Assembly (NCBI GenBank): GCA_039208735.1
Contig: JBCCQY010000041.1
Location: forward strand, 1 to 64,000
Direction: 5' to 3'
DNA from: Myxococcota bacterium
GTDB lineage: Bacteria > Myxococcota_A > UBA796 > GCA-2862545
DNA length: 64,000 nt
The notes beneath the pieces were generated by a model. That model worked only from the letters and a program-made list of their open reading frames with translations, was not told the DNA's origin and searched no databases. The translations under genes and the position numbers were made by a program. Shown one piece after another: positions 18,986 to 29,096 of this stretch. The first letter of the stretch is position 1, and each line of letters starts with the position of its first letter.

Positions 18986-20407
18986 GTGACAACGCCGCAA
19001 GCTGTCGGTCTCGCGCTTTTCATGGGTACGATCGTGATCGTCGGCCAGGGATGTGCCCAAGAGTGCCTGGGGAACGATCCGCGCTGCGATGTGGCCTGGC
19101 CAGGGGGGCGGCTCACCGTACTTGCACCCCTGCAATCTACCGAGGTGCAAACCACAGATCCAGAGACCACCGATGGAATCTGGACCGGGCGGGTCGATGG
19201 GATCGTGGACCACGGAACCGACTGGTCGGCCGATGCCATCGGTGACCGATTGGTGATTGGTGTGCCCGATGCCAATGGTCTGTTCGTGGTGGATGCCGCG
19301 GCGCCAGGTCAGCTCGCGGACGACCCCACGTTCGAAGGGGACGGGCAGTTCGGTACGATCGTCCGACGCATCGAAGATGCCGATGGCGGGAGTCAGCTGT
19401 TTGTGGGCGCTCCAGAGGCAGATCTCGCCCGAGGGGCGATCGCGGTGTTTCGCGACCAGGTCGATGCGAGGCTGCTTGGTGCTCCGCCGATGACCCCGTA
19501 TGAACCTGACCTCTTGATTGTCGGTGAGACGCCCTACGATCGGATTGGCGCGATCTTCGAAATCTGCGATGACATCGATGGGGACGGACTGCTTGACGTG
19601 GTGGTGGGAGCCCCGACGTTCCAGGCCACCGATGCCTGCGGCATGGCCGAGGACCCTCCGCCAAACTTGGCTGGAGCCGCATTCGTGCTGCGCTCCGACA
19701 CCCTGAAAGAGGCTTCGGGCGAGGTGTCGATCTGCGATGTGGCCGATGTGGTTTGGGGATCGGAGCTTGGCGAACACCTTGGGGCTTCTGTGGCCTGCGC
19801 TCAGGAGGCTCTGTTCATCGGTGCGCCGTGGCGAGGACGGGTGGGTGGAACGAGTGAGCCTCCCACCAACGCAGGGGTCGTCTACCGTGTCCCCTGGACC
19901 GCATTGCCGGCGCGTGCTCCGGTGCAGACCCTTGGGATCACCACCACGACGGGCGAGCGCGCAGAGGCGCGTTTTGGGGCCGCTGTGGCCACCCTCACGC
20001 TGCAAGGGCGACCGGCCTTGCTGGTGGGATCTCCAGGGTTCGACCAGCGGAAGGGCCGGGCTGCCTTGTACGTCGATGACGCTGCCGCACCGGTCGCCTG
20101 GGTGGACGGCGCAGCGTCGGGTGAGCAGCTGGGTCGGGCCGTGTTGGCCGGGGATCTCGATGGCGATGGCGTCGACGACGTCGTGCTGGGGTCGCCCGAT
20201 GTCGTGAACGGCAATCAGCTGGATGTGGGCCAGCTGTGGCTGTGGCGTAGCGAGCGGGTGGCCGCCTTTGGGGGAGCTGTCGATCGGGACGGCGCGGATC
20301 AGACGATCCAAGGCACCCACGCGTTCCAGCGCGTGGGGCGAAAACTGTCGCGTACGATGCTGAACGGAACGCCCGTCCTTTTGATTCCGACTCGCGCCGA
20401 TCCGTAG
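18986..20407 (+). CDS. FG-GAP / integrin-alpha-like repeat protein, probably a lipoprotein
   Basis: Repeated VGAP/IGAP/VGSP motifs with DIDGDG and DLDGDG Ca-binding loops; start uncertain (GTG 18986 or ATG 19022). Confidence 0.8.
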   Translation: MTTPQAVGLALFMGTIVIVGQGCAQECLGNDPRCDVAWPGGRLTVLAPLQSTEVQTTDPETTDGIWTGRVDGIVDHGTDWSADAIGDRLVIGVPDANGLFVVDAAAPGQLADDPTFEGDGQFGTIVRRIEDADGGSQLFVGAPEADLARGAIAVFRDQVDARLLGAPPMTPYEPDLLIVGETPYDRIGAIFEICDDIDGDGLLDVVVGAPTFQATDACGMAEDPPPNLAGAAFVLRSDTLKEASGEVSICDVADVVWGSELGEHLGASVACAQEALFIGAPWRGRVGGTSEPPTNAGVVYRVPWTALPARAPVQTLGITTTTGERAEARFGAAVATLTLQGRPALLVGSPGFDQRKGRAALYVDDAAAPVAWVDGAASGEQLGRAVLAGDLDGDGVDDVVLGSPDVVNGNQLDVGQLWLWRSERVAAFGGAVDRDGADQTIQGTHAFQRVGRKLSRTMLNGTPVLLIPTRADP

Positions 20408-20424
20408 CCGCGGTAACGTGACGC

Positions 20425-21369
20425 ATGGACGTCACCACCATCGAAACCGCCTACGCGGGCCGTGATCAACTTGCTGCCAGCTACCTTGTGTCGGAGGGGG
20501 AAGCGCTGGCCGTCATCGAGACCAGCACGAGTCTCGCGGTGCCTCGCATCCTCTCGGCGATCGAAGCGGCCGGCCGAACGCCCGAAGACGTGCGCCACAT
20601 CGTGGTGACCCATGCCCACCTCGATCATGCAGGCGGTGCGGGGACGCTGATGACGGCGTGTCCCAATGCCACGTTGTGGGCCCATCCAAAGGCCGCGAAG
20701 CACTTGATCGATCCGACCAAGCTCGTAGAGAGTTCTCGCGGCGTGTATGGCGATGCCTTCGACAAGCTCTATGGCCAGATCTTGCCGGTTCCCGAAGCTC
20801 GGGTGCAGATTCCCGACGACGGGGCCAGCCTGTCGTTTGGCACCCGGACGTTTACGTTCCTCTACACCCGCGGGCACGCCAACCATCACTTCGTGGTGCA
20901 CGACTCGGGCTCCGACGGGGTGTTCACCGGCGACTCCTTTGGCGTCATCTACCCTGCCTTGCAGGCGCCCAATCAGCCGGTCTTCGCCTTCCCATCGACC
21001 ACCCCTACCGATTTCGATGCGCCTTTGGCCCATGAAGCCGTCGATCGAATCGTGCAAACGGGGGCCAAGGTGGTGTTTCCGACCCACTATGGGGCATGGA
21101 CCGACCTTTCGGCGATTGCGACGGAGCTGCATCGCCTGATCGATGCCCATGGCGCCCTCGTCGATGAGGCGGATCGGGCTGAGCTGCCGGATGCCGAACT
21201 CGATGCGTGGTTCGCCGAGCGGGTTGCGGCACTGTTTGATGAGGAACTGCAGCGCCGAGGGTTGGATGGCGATACCCGGGCGCGTCACCTCATCACCTTC
21301 GACATGGATCTCAACGCCCAGGGCCTGGCGTTTGCGGTCAGGAAGCGGAGATTCAAGCGTGGCCGATGA
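20425..21369 (+). CDS. MBL-fold metallo-hydrolase
   Basis: THAHLDHAGG, GHANHH, FTGD and PTHYG motifs. Confidence 0.9.
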   Translation: MDVTTIETAYAGRDQLAASYLVSEGEALAVIETSTSLAVPRILSAIEAAGRTPEDVRHIVVTHAHLDHAGGAGTLMTACPNATLWAHPKAAKHLIDPTKLVESSRGVYGDAFDKLYGQILPVPEARVQIPDDGASLSFGTRTFTFLYTRGHANHHFVVHDSGSDGVFTGDSFGVIYPALQAPNQPVFAFPSTTPTDFDAPLAHEAVDRIVQTGAKVVFPTHYGAWTDLSAIATELHRLIDAHGALVDEADRAELPDAELDAWFAERVAALFDEELQRRGLDGDTRARHLITFDMDLNAQGLAFAVRKRRFKRGR

Positions 21370-22390
21370 CAAGCCCCCGCTATGGACCGGAGATCAGGTC
21401 GAAGGATGGACCGTCGAGCGCGTGATCGCGCGTGGCGGAATGGCCTGGGTCTACCATGTCAGCCATCCCGACCGGGGAGAGGCGGCGCTCAAGGTGCTGG
21501 ATCCGCGATTGGTCTCGGAGGGGTCGAAGCAGCGGCGGTGGCTTGTGTTTGCCCGATTCAAGCGTGAAGGACGCATTCAATCTCGCTTGCGGCATGAGAA
21601 CATTGTGGCCGTCTACGACACCATGGACGTTGACGGCACGCCGGCCCTGCTGATGGAGCTGGTCGACGGGCCCGCGCTCGATGAGGTGCTCGAGCAGCGA
21701 GACTTGTCGATCGCCGAGATCGATGCCATCGCGGACGGGATCTTTGCCGGCATCCGGGCGGCCCACGAAGAAGGCGTGCTTCACCGCGATCTCAAGCCGT
21801 CCAACATCCTGCTCGACACGAGCGGCGACACTCCCGTGGCAAAGGTCGCGGACTTTGGAATTGCCAAGGACCAGGCCAGTGACCTTGAGCCGGCTGACGA
21901 GCTGCCTACCGAGCTGACGCGCACGGGCCAGGTCATGGGAACGCCGAGCTACATGGCGCCTCGCCAGGCCGCCGATAGCAAGCATGTCGACGAGATTGTG
22001 GATTGTTTTGCCCTGGGCATCTTGTTCCACGAACTTTGCACCCGCCGACGCATCGCCGATGAGGGGAAGTTCGTCGAGGCTCCTGCGGTCGAAAACGCGG
22101 TTCGTGCCTTGCGCAAAGAACGGCGTCTCCCTCGACGCATGGTCCGCGCCATCGAGGCCTCCTTGTCCGACGATCCGCCCTTCGATTCGGCTTCGGGCAT
22201 GGCCGAGATCTGGCGAACCGGACGAATTCCTCGCCGCCCTGGGGTTCGCGGGCTCGTGCTCGCCGCGGTCGCCTTGGTGGTTGCGGCCGCGGTGGTGGGA
22301 TGGGGCGGTCAGGTCGATTTCAACGCGCTGGCCAGGCTCCCCGACTGGGTTTCGCTCGAGGGCATTCGACAGGCCTCGTTTCCCCCTTGA
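21359..22390 (+). CDS. Membrane-anchored Ser/Thr protein kinase
   Basis: ARGGMAWVY, AALK, HRDLKPSN, DFG and GTPSYMAP motifs; C-terminal TM helix; GTG start overlaps the upstream gene. Confidence 0.88.
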   Translation: MADDKPPLWTGDQVEGWTVERVIARGGMAWVYHVSHPDRGEAALKVLDPRLVSEGSKQRRWLVFARFKREGRIQSRLRHENIVAVYDTMDVDGTPALLMELVDGPALDEVLEQRDLSIAEIDAIADGIFAGIRAAHEEGVLHRDLKPSNILLDTSGDTPVAKVADFGIAKDQASDLEPADELPTELTRTGQVMGTPSYMAPRQAADSKHVDEIVDCFALGILFHELCTRRRIADEGKFVEAPAVENAVRALRKERRLPRRMVRAIEASLSDDPPFDSASGMAEIWRTGRIPRRPGVRGLVLAAVALVVAAAVVGWGGQVDFNALARLPDWVSLEGIRQASFPP

Positions 22391-22393
22391 GGG

Positions 22394-23872
22394 CTAAGGC
22401 CGCACGCCCGGCATGACGAAGGGCGTGTCGTCGAGCTTTGGCGCGTACGCCGGAGGGGCCATCAGGCCCCACAGGTCATCGAGAAACTCGAGCCGGTTGA
22501 GCATATTTCCGTCTGGGTACGCGACCTGCCAGACGACGGTGCCCTTGGCATCGACCTCGTAGGCGATCGAACGGGCCCCGAGAACGTGCATCGAGTTGCC
22601 GTTCGGATAGCGCCGGGTCTCGCCGTTGAATCGTGCGTCGTAGCCCGGATCGAAATTCCAGACTTCGCGAAGCACCCCTGTCTTCCGGTCGATCTCGTAT
22701 TCGGCAAGCACCGTGTGGACCGACCCATCCTTTTCGTCGACGATGCGGTCGGTCGAGATCAGCAGGTTGCCGTTGTCGAGATGCACCACCCCGTGTTGCC
22801 AGTCGAATTCAGTTTCGATGGGGTCAAAATCGTAGACCTCCGAATTCGTAATCGTGTCACTCGAGAAGAACGATGACCACACGGTTTCGCCCGTCGCGCG
22901 GTCCACCTCAACCACCGCACTTTGGGTGTAGAAGGAGAACCAATACCGATCGACCGCGGGGTCATAGTAGAGGCTGTTGGACCGGCAGCCGCCTTCGAAC
23001 CAATCTCGGCACGTCCAGACGGTGCGAGGCTGCGTTTCACCGGGCGCAAGTTCCACGATGGCTTCGCCTTGCGTCGACGTGCGGTCGCCCCAAGCCAGGG
23101 TCCCGTCTGGGAGTTCAAGGAAGGCATGGTGGTGACCTGGCGTCTCGATGATCGCAATGGGCTCGTCGAGGTACGTGCGATGCACCAGCGAGCCCTGACC
23201 CTGCGATCCCCAATTGACCTCATCCCACAGCACGTGATCGCCCGTGGCGACCGAGATCTGCACGTACAGCACCTGACGATTGTCGGGCGAGCGGGTGGCC
23301 CAGTAGACCGTTCCTTGGCGGTCGGCGATGAACGTCCAAAACCGCCCCGTGCACCAGCCACACGAAGCCTCGTTGATGCTCGTGAGGTAGTACTGGCCGT
23401 TGGGGGCCCACCCTTCGGGATCGTTGACCTGCACATCATGCGGCGGGAAGGTGTCGGGAAGGGCTGGTGTGGTGATGGACCCTGCGTCGGTTGTGAACTC
23501 GACGGTAGAGGCGCCGACGAGGCGAACCTCCGCGGTGCCCCCTACGGGGATCCCGATGATCGACTGTCGATTTAGCCCGGCAACCCCTTGGTAAACGGGG
23601 CTGGACTGCCAATCTTCTCCGTCGATCCGAAAGTCGATCCGCACGTCAAAAGGGAGACGCTGTTGCCACCAGACCGTCACCGGACCGAGGTAATCGCCAC
23701 TTGGCTCCAAACGAATGAGGCCCACCGGTTCGTTCTCGTCCCATTCGCCCAACTCGGGTGGAGGCGGGGGTTCCGGAATGGGCGTCGTTGTTTCGGGCCC
23801 CGTATCGGTGGGTGGGGTCTCGTCCGGTTCGGACGTACAACCGAGATAGAGCGCGGCGATCCAGATACGCAA
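22394..23872 (-). CDS. Arylsulfate sulfotransferase-like beta-propeller lipoprotein
   Basis: HHHAFLELPDG, SNSL.YD, WQHG and EVW..G...RYPNGN motifs; lipobox YLGC after TTG with AGGAGG (start may be 23923). Confidence 0.7.
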   Translation of the reverse strand: MRIWIAALYLGCTSEPDETPPTDTGPETTTPIPEPPPPPELGEWDENEPVGLIRLEPSGDYLGPVTVWWQQRLPFDVRIDFRIDGEDWQSSPVYQGVAGLNRQSIIGIPVGGTAEVRLVGASTVEFTTDAGSITTPALPDTFPPHDVQVNDPEGWAPNGQYYLTSINEASCGWCTGRFWTFIADRQGTVYWATRSPDNRQVLYVQISVATGDHVLWDEVNWGSQGQGSLVHRTYLDEPIAIIETPGHHHAFLELPDGTLAWGDRTSTQGEAIVELAPGETQPRTVWTCRDWFEGGCRSNSLYYDPAVDRYWFSFYTQSAVVEVDRATGETVWSSFFSSDTITNSEVYDFDPIETEFDWQHGVVHLDNGNLLISTDRIVDEKDGSVHTVLAEYEIDRKTGVLREVWNFDPGYDARFNGETRRYPNGNSMHVLGARSIAYEVDAKGTVVWQVAYPDGNMLNRLEFLDDLWGLMAPPAYAPKLDDTPFVMPGVRP

Positions 23873-24005
23873 GCCTCCTCCTTGACCCTCCGAATACCAT
23901 CCCGACCCTGCGTTCGTCGTCATTTCCTTGACGACGTCGATATGGCGATTCGGAATCGGGTCGAGTAGCCTGATTCCTTCCCTTCAAGTCCCCCAGGAGG
24001 ATTAC

Positions 24006-24656
24006 GTGCGCGTTTGGCTGGTGACGATCCTGTGTTCCGTGGCATGTTCGGGTTCGAGCGACGATTCAGGTGAAACGGGCAATGACACTGGCAACACGCC
24101 CGAAGATACGGGGAACGCCCCGGAAGAGACGGGCATGCCGAACATGCCCGGCGAGCCGGCCGTCCTCAACCGCTCGGGTGAACTCACGCTGGTCAAGGGC
24201 CAGTGGACAGGTACTGAACGGCTGGTCCTGGAAAACGATGATTTCTTGAACCCCGAGACCTTCTGCATCATCAGTTGGACGGTCACGGGCACCGAGCCCC
24301 GGTTCGACTGCCAAGACTGCAACGACTCGCCCGAAGGCGACGGCGGGGCCCATTCCTTTGTGACCTCGGCCGCGAAGATCGAGACCGAAAGCCAGAAGGG
24401 TGCCTGTGACGTCGTGCTCGGCGCGAAGACCGTCCTGGCCGATTCGCTCGAAGACCTCAACGGACGCACCCTGCACTACGGGTGGGGCGAAGAGGCGACG
24501 GGCCACGGTTACTCGCTGTTTACGTTGAACGATCAGGGAACCTGGTTCGACCTCACCCTCGTCCGCAACCCCTTCGAGGACGACGGCACCTTCGAAAAGC
24601 AAGGTATCGAGGCGCGCCTCGCCTACTTTGTGTTCGAGGGTTCCTATGAGCTTTGA
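24006..24656 (+). CDS. Hypothetical lipoprotein
   Basis: AGGAGG RBS with GTG start; lipobox SVAC; acidic (D/E)TG-rich linker; several Cys. Confidence 0.7.
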   Translation: MRVWLVTILCSVACSGSSDDSGETGNDTGNTPEDTGNAPEETGMPNMPGEPAVLNRSGELTLVKGQWTGTERLVLENDDFLNPETFCIISWTVTGTEPRFDCQDCNDSPEGDGGAHSFVTSAAKIETESQKGACDVVLGAKTVLADSLEDLNGRTLHYGWGEEATGHGYSLFTLNDQGTWFDLTLVRNPFEDDGTFEKQGIEARLAYFVFEGSYEL

Positions 24657-26037
24657 TCGAATCGTGCGAGGGGCCTTAGGCCTCACGTTGGTGGCTTGCG
24701 GCTCGGAAATCCAAGTTCAGGACGTGGCCTCGACGGTGACCCCATCGATGGGCACGGTGGTCGAGGTCACGTGGACGACGGACGTTCCTACGACGGGGTT
24801 CGTGCGTTTTGGCGAGGGGGAGACCCTCGATCGTGAGACCGCTCCGAGCCCCGAGCCCAGCACGACCCACACCGCTCAGTTGGTGGCGCTGCCGCAGCAG
24901 ACCGACATCAACTTCGTGGTGGTGGCCGGTGAAGGCGATGATGCGGTCGAAAGCGACGTCCAAACGGTGACGACCGGCGCACTCGACGGATTCGTGCCCG
25001 AGATTACGGTCACCGGTGATCCTGTCGATCACTTCATGGTGGTGCCGCTCCTGTCGAAGCGGGATCGAAACCTCGCGTACCCTGTGGTCATCGACCGCGA
25101 AGGTCGCGTGGTGTGGACGTTCACGGATACGCGAGAAGCGCAGGTCTATCGCGCGCAGTTGTCCCGTGATGGCTCCGGCGTCGTCTACAGCGCAACCGTG
25201 GTGGGCGGCGGACCGGTCCAAGATTCGGCGATCGTGCGCGTCGGATGGGACGGCGAAATCTTGGTGACCCACGACATTCCATGGTTGGCGCACGACTTCA
25301 TCGAACTCGAAGATGGTCGTCTGGTCACGCTCGCCTCCGAGTGTCGCGACGAAGACGGCAACCCGGTGGCCTTGCAAGATGGCGGATGTCCCGATGCCAT
25401 TGAGGGCAACACCCTGCTTGCGATCAGCCCGGACGGATCGGTTGAGACGCTTTGGGCCACCTGGGATTGTCTCGATCCCAAGACCCACCCCTCCAACGCG
25501 TTCGATCGCGACAACTGGACCCACACCAACGCGCTCGACTACGACGAGGCGACCGACACCTACTTGGTCGGCATGCGCAACCTCGACAGCATCCTTTCGG
25601 TCGATGTCGAGACGAAGACGTGCGACTGGGGTCTCGGTGGCATTGCCGGCACGCTCGACGTTGCCGGAGCCCGCTTCCGTAAGCAGCACCAGTACGACTG
25701 GGTGGGCGACCGTCTTTTGGTCTTTGACAACCAAGGGGGGTTCCCGAACAGCCGGGTGGTCGAGTACCGCTTCGACACGACGGATGGCGCCACTGAAGTG
25801 CGTACGTTCGTTTCCGATCCGCCCGTGTTCACGCTCGTGCTCGGCGATGTGTATCGGACCAGCAACGGCAACACCCGGATCTTCTGGGGCAACCCCGATA
25901 CGGTCGACAATACTGCGCTAAGCGAGTTGTACGACGCCGATGGGGTCATGACCTCGCAGATCCGCGTGGCCGGAATGATCATGGGATTCTCGCAGATCGT
26001 GGTCGATCCCGGTCGTCCCGACCTGGGTGAACCGTGA
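24646..26037 (+). CDS. Arylsulfate sulfotransferase-like lipoprotein (N-terminal Fn3/Ig-like domain plus beta-propeller)
   Basis: Lipobox LVAC; AHDFIELEDG, NWTHTNALDYD, KQHQ, LVFDN and GD..R.SNGN motifs. Confidence 0.8.
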   Translation: MSFDRIVRGALGLTLVACGSEIQVQDVASTVTPSMGTVVEVTWTTDVPTTGFVRFGEGETLDRETAPSPEPSTTHTAQLVALPQQTDINFVVVAGEGDDAVESDVQTVTTGALDGFVPEITVTGDPVDHFMVVPLLSKRDRNLAYPVVIDREGRVVWTFTDTREAQVYRAQLSRDGSGVVYSATVVGGGPVQDSAIVRVGWDGEILVTHDIPWLAHDFIELEDGRLVTLASECRDEDGNPVALQDGGCPDAIEGNTLLAISPDGSVETLWATWDCLDPKTHPSNAFDRDNWTHTNALDYDEATDTYLVGMRNLDSILSVDVETKTCDWGLGGIAGTLDVAGARFRKQHQYDWVGDRLLVFDNQGGFPNSRVVEYRFDTTDGATEVRTFVSDPPVFTLVLGDVYRTSNGNTRIFWGNPDTVDNTALSELYDADGVMTSQIRVAGMIMGFSQIVVDPGRPDLGEP

Positions 26038-27527
26038 TGTTGGCGGTGCTCTGGATCGGCTGCACGGTGACGGCTCCGGATGGGTCCACCACAGACCCCC
26101 AGGTTCCGACTGACCCCGATACGGGCAGTGCGACCTCGCCACTGCCCACGACCGATACGGGGCCGGTCGATCCGGGGAGCCCGTTTGCGTCGATCCGGGC
26201 GGAGCCGCTCGCGTTGTATGGTTCGGTCATCCGGGTGGTGTGGTCTCAGCGGTCCGACGCTGATGTCTTCATCGAGTACTCGTTTGAAGCGGACTCGTGG
26301 CTGTCGTCGCCGGTGCGGAGCCTGACCGAGGGAACCCACGAAGAACTGTTGCTGGGCGTACCCTACGGCCAGACCGTGACCTATCGGTTGATCGCAGGAA
26401 CGGATGTGGCTTCGATGGATCGCACCATCGACACCGATCCCCTGCCATCCATCGTGCCCACCGCGGGCGTGCTGGCCAACCAAGTGGCATCGACCGACTC
26501 CGATGTGCCCTATTTCCTCGTAGGCATCAGCGAGGATGGGTCGTTGCGACGCACGTGGATCACCCTCATCGACCGACAGGCTCGGGTCTTGTGGGCTCAC
26601 CGGACGCCTTCGCGGCGCAATTCGATGCATCCGCGATTGTCGCGCGATGGCAACTCGTTCCTCATCGACCACAGCTCCTACTTCGCGGACCTTCCCTCCC
26701 AGGGCGCAGATTCGCAGGTGCTGGAGATGAAGATCGATGGGTCGGTGGTTCAGGAATGGGACACCCCAGGGCAGCATCATCCCTACACCGATTTGCCGGA
26801 CGGCTCGCTTGCCTATGCCCGCTACGTGTTTTCGGGGTTGCGCGACGACCGTATCGAAATCATCTCACCAAAAGGTGAGGTCCGAACATTGTTCTCGTGT
26901 CGTGATTTCCTAGAGGAATCCGGTCTGCCAGCGTTCGACTGTGGCGCCAACACGATGAACTACGACGAGTCTCGGGATGTGTTCCTGTTCTCAATGTTTA
27001 CCCTCGATACGGTTTTCGAGGTGAACGGAACCACCGGCGACCTCGAGCGCGTCTTCGGGGCCTTGAGTCGTCCCGAGTATGCGTCGATCACGGGCTTGGA
27101 TGCCTGGAGTTTCGATCCGCCAGAGAGTGCGTTCGACTACCAGCACAACCCGACGTTTACCGCCGCAGGAACCCTGTTGCTGTCGACCCATGTAGACGAG
27201 TACAGCGAGGAACTCGTCGCCCGTGAGTACACGCTCGCCTCGGCAACCCAGACGCTCCAGCAGATCTGGAGCTTTGGGGAAGGCGAGGGCGTGGACGGCT
27301 GCCAGATGGGAGAGGCTCATCGCCTGCCGTCAGGGAACACCCTTCACAACTACGGCACCCATGCGGTGCTGCGTGAAGTCACGGACAGCGGCCAGGTCGT
27401 ATGGGATGTTCGTTGGGAGTCCGAGGAGCACTCGTGCTTTGGCGGACCCACCACCCCCGGCCACCAAGTGCTTCGCTCCAACCCGGTGGGGCCGGATTTG
27501 TATCGGTTCGCCCCCGAGCGACCGTAG
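26034..27527 (+). CDS. Arylsulfate sulfotransferase-like lipoprotein
   Basis: Lipobox WIGC; QHHPYTDLPDG, GANTMNYD, YQHNP and GEAHRLPSGN motifs; coupled to the previous gene. Confidence 0.72.
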   Translation: MMLAVLWIGCTVTAPDGSTTDPQVPTDPDTGSATSPLPTTDTGPVDPGSPFASIRAEPLALYGSVIRVVWSQRSDADVFIEYSFEADSWLSSPVRSLTEGTHEELLLGVPYGQTVTYRLIAGTDVASMDRTIDTDPLPSIVPTAGVLANQVASTDSDVPYFLVGISEDGSLRRTWITLIDRQARVLWAHRTPSRRNSMHPRLSRDGNSFLIDHSSYFADLPSQGADSQVLEMKIDGSVVQEWDTPGQHHPYTDLPDGSLAYARYVFSGLRDDRIEIISPKGEVRTLFSCRDFLEESGLPAFDCGANTMNYDESRDVFLFSMFTLDTVFEVNGTTGDLERVFGALSRPEYASITGLDAWSFDPPESAFDYQHNPTFTAAGTLLLSTHVDEYSEELVAREYTLASATQTLQQIWSFGEGEGVDGCQMGEAHRLPSGNTLHNYGTHAVLREVTDSGQVVWDVRWESEEHSCFGGPTTPGHQVLRSNPVGPDLYRFAPERP

Positions 27528-27534
27528 TTCGGGA

Positions 27535-28998
27535 CTACCTTAGGATGAAGGGGTAGTCGACCCGGGCTCCGAGTTCGCTCGCCGGGAATTGCAGCGAAGT
27601 GACGACCCGGCGCAGGCACCGCTCGAGGTCGGAACCACTGCGGTGAACGTCAGGAGCGGTGATGAGGAAGTCCTCGGCGGTGCCGTCGGGCTGAATCGAA
27701 AACTGCGTGTCGACCCGATCGGGGAGCAGATTGACCCGAGCAAGTGGGACGAAGCACTGCTTCGCGCGCTGGTTGTCGGACAAGATGAGTCGCACTGCTT
27801 CGCCAGACACGGAGCGGGGTCGAGGGCCCGGATCGCGAGCCGGGAGCAGGTCCTGGCGTTGAGGTTTAGGACGAGGGGCCGGCGCGACGGGCTCGGGCTC
27901 GGGCACCGGTTCGGGGGCTGCGAGAGGCTCCGGGGCAGGCTCGGGAACGGGCTCGGGCTCCGGTTCGGGCACCGGCTCGGGGGCAGAGGGTTCGGGCACC
28001 GGCGCCGCCACGGCATTGGCCGGAGGCTCTACCGGGGGTTCAAACGGCGGAGGGAGCGGCTCGAGGTCGTCGAATCCCTCTTCGTTCTGCAGGATGTCGA
28101 ATTGTTCGAGGGCGGCATGACCCGCCACTTTTACGAGCACGAGGCCCGTCGCTCCAAGCACCGCTACGGGAATACTGACGAACAGCGCCAGGGGGGCCCG
28201 AGCTTTTCGGCGACCGCGAGCCCCCGTCCACAGGATGCCAAAGGTGAGGGCCGCGCCCCCCGCTGCCAATACCGTCCCCATCCAGGCCACGGGCAGGGTG
28301 GAAAGGGGCGAGATGAGACCCAAGACGAAGGAGCCAAGGACCGAAATCACCGTGCCAACGAGCACCCAGGAGAGGTCCGCGGACGGGTCATGGGTCCGGA
28401 TGGGGGCGCCAAACGACATGCTGGGGCGGGGCCCTGGAGCCGCCGAGACCCAGCTGCCTGGCGCGGGAACGGCCGGTGCAGGCCGCGGAGGAAGAGAGGA
28501 TCGCGACGAAACGGCGGACGGCGTGGGAGCTCGCGGGGCCGGCAAAGGCTGAACGCTTCGGTTCGGACCAGGATTTCGGGACCCCGGCGAGGTGGGGCGC
28601 GGTGCCGCGAGGCTCGGTCCCGGGGGTTTTGAGGCCGGACCTCGAAGGTCCGCGGGAGAGGGGTCGCCAGGCATGCGAATCGTCTTGGGGCGCTGAACGG
28701 CCCCCGTCGCGACGGGAGCCCGGCTAAGGGCGGGTCCTGGGGGGAGCGATGCGGCGACCGGCGTGTTGCTCGCTCGTGCGATGGGCACGCTGTGCTCACG
28801 GCGTGTTCCGGCTGAACTTGCGTCAGCCGGGGGAATCGCGGAGACGAGAACCCGTTCGTTGGGGTCTGCGCCGGGATTGGGCCGCGGAATGAGCATGCGG
28901 TGTCGGCAGTTTCGACAAGTTGCCTTGTTGACGGCCTTGACCAGCTTCTCGTTGGGCACTTTGTAGACGGCCCGGCAGTTGTCGCACACGACTTTCAT
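27535..28998 (-). CDS. Zinc-ribbon (MJ0042-type) membrane protein with a TonB-C/AgmX-like C-terminal domain
   Basis: MKVVCDNCRAVYKV...ATCRNC; Pro-rich linker; 3 TM helices; EP repeats; C-terminal C...I.PDG......C.......FP...V.YPF. Confidence 0.78.
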   Translation of the reverse strand: MKVVCDNCRAVYKVPNEKLVKAVNKATCRNCRHRMLIPRPNPGADPNERVLVSAIPPADASSAGTRREHSVPIARASNTPVAASLPPGPALSRAPVATGAVQRPKTIRMPGDPSPADLRGPASKPPGPSLAAPRPTSPGSRNPGPNRSVQPLPAPRAPTPSAVSSRSSLPPRPAPAVPAPGSWVSAAPGPRPSMSFGAPIRTHDPSADLSWVLVGTVISVLGSFVLGLISPLSTLPVAWMGTVLAAGGAALTFGILWTGARGRRKARAPLALFVSIPVAVLGATGLVLVKVAGHAALEQFDILQNEEGFDDLEPLPPPFEPPVEPPANAVAAPVPEPSAPEPVPEPEPEPVPEPAPEPLAAPEPVPEPEPVAPAPRPKPQRQDLLPARDPGPRPRSVSGEAVRLILSDNQRAKQCFVPLARVNLLPDRVDTQFSIQPDGTAEDFLITAPDVHRSGSDLERCLRRVVTSLQFPASELGARVDYPFILR

Positions 28999-29096
28999 TG
29001 CCAACTCCCCGCCGATGCCACACTCGCCAGGCAGTCTATGCTGTTGCACCCCCACTCGCCTCGTCGGATTGTGATTCCTGGGTCATCTCGATGTGG

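Noticed and set aside
27880..28005. Tandem GGCTCGGG-like DNA repeats
   Set aside because: They encode the Glu-Pro linker of the zinc-ribbon protein; there are no unique spacers, so this is not a CRISPR array.
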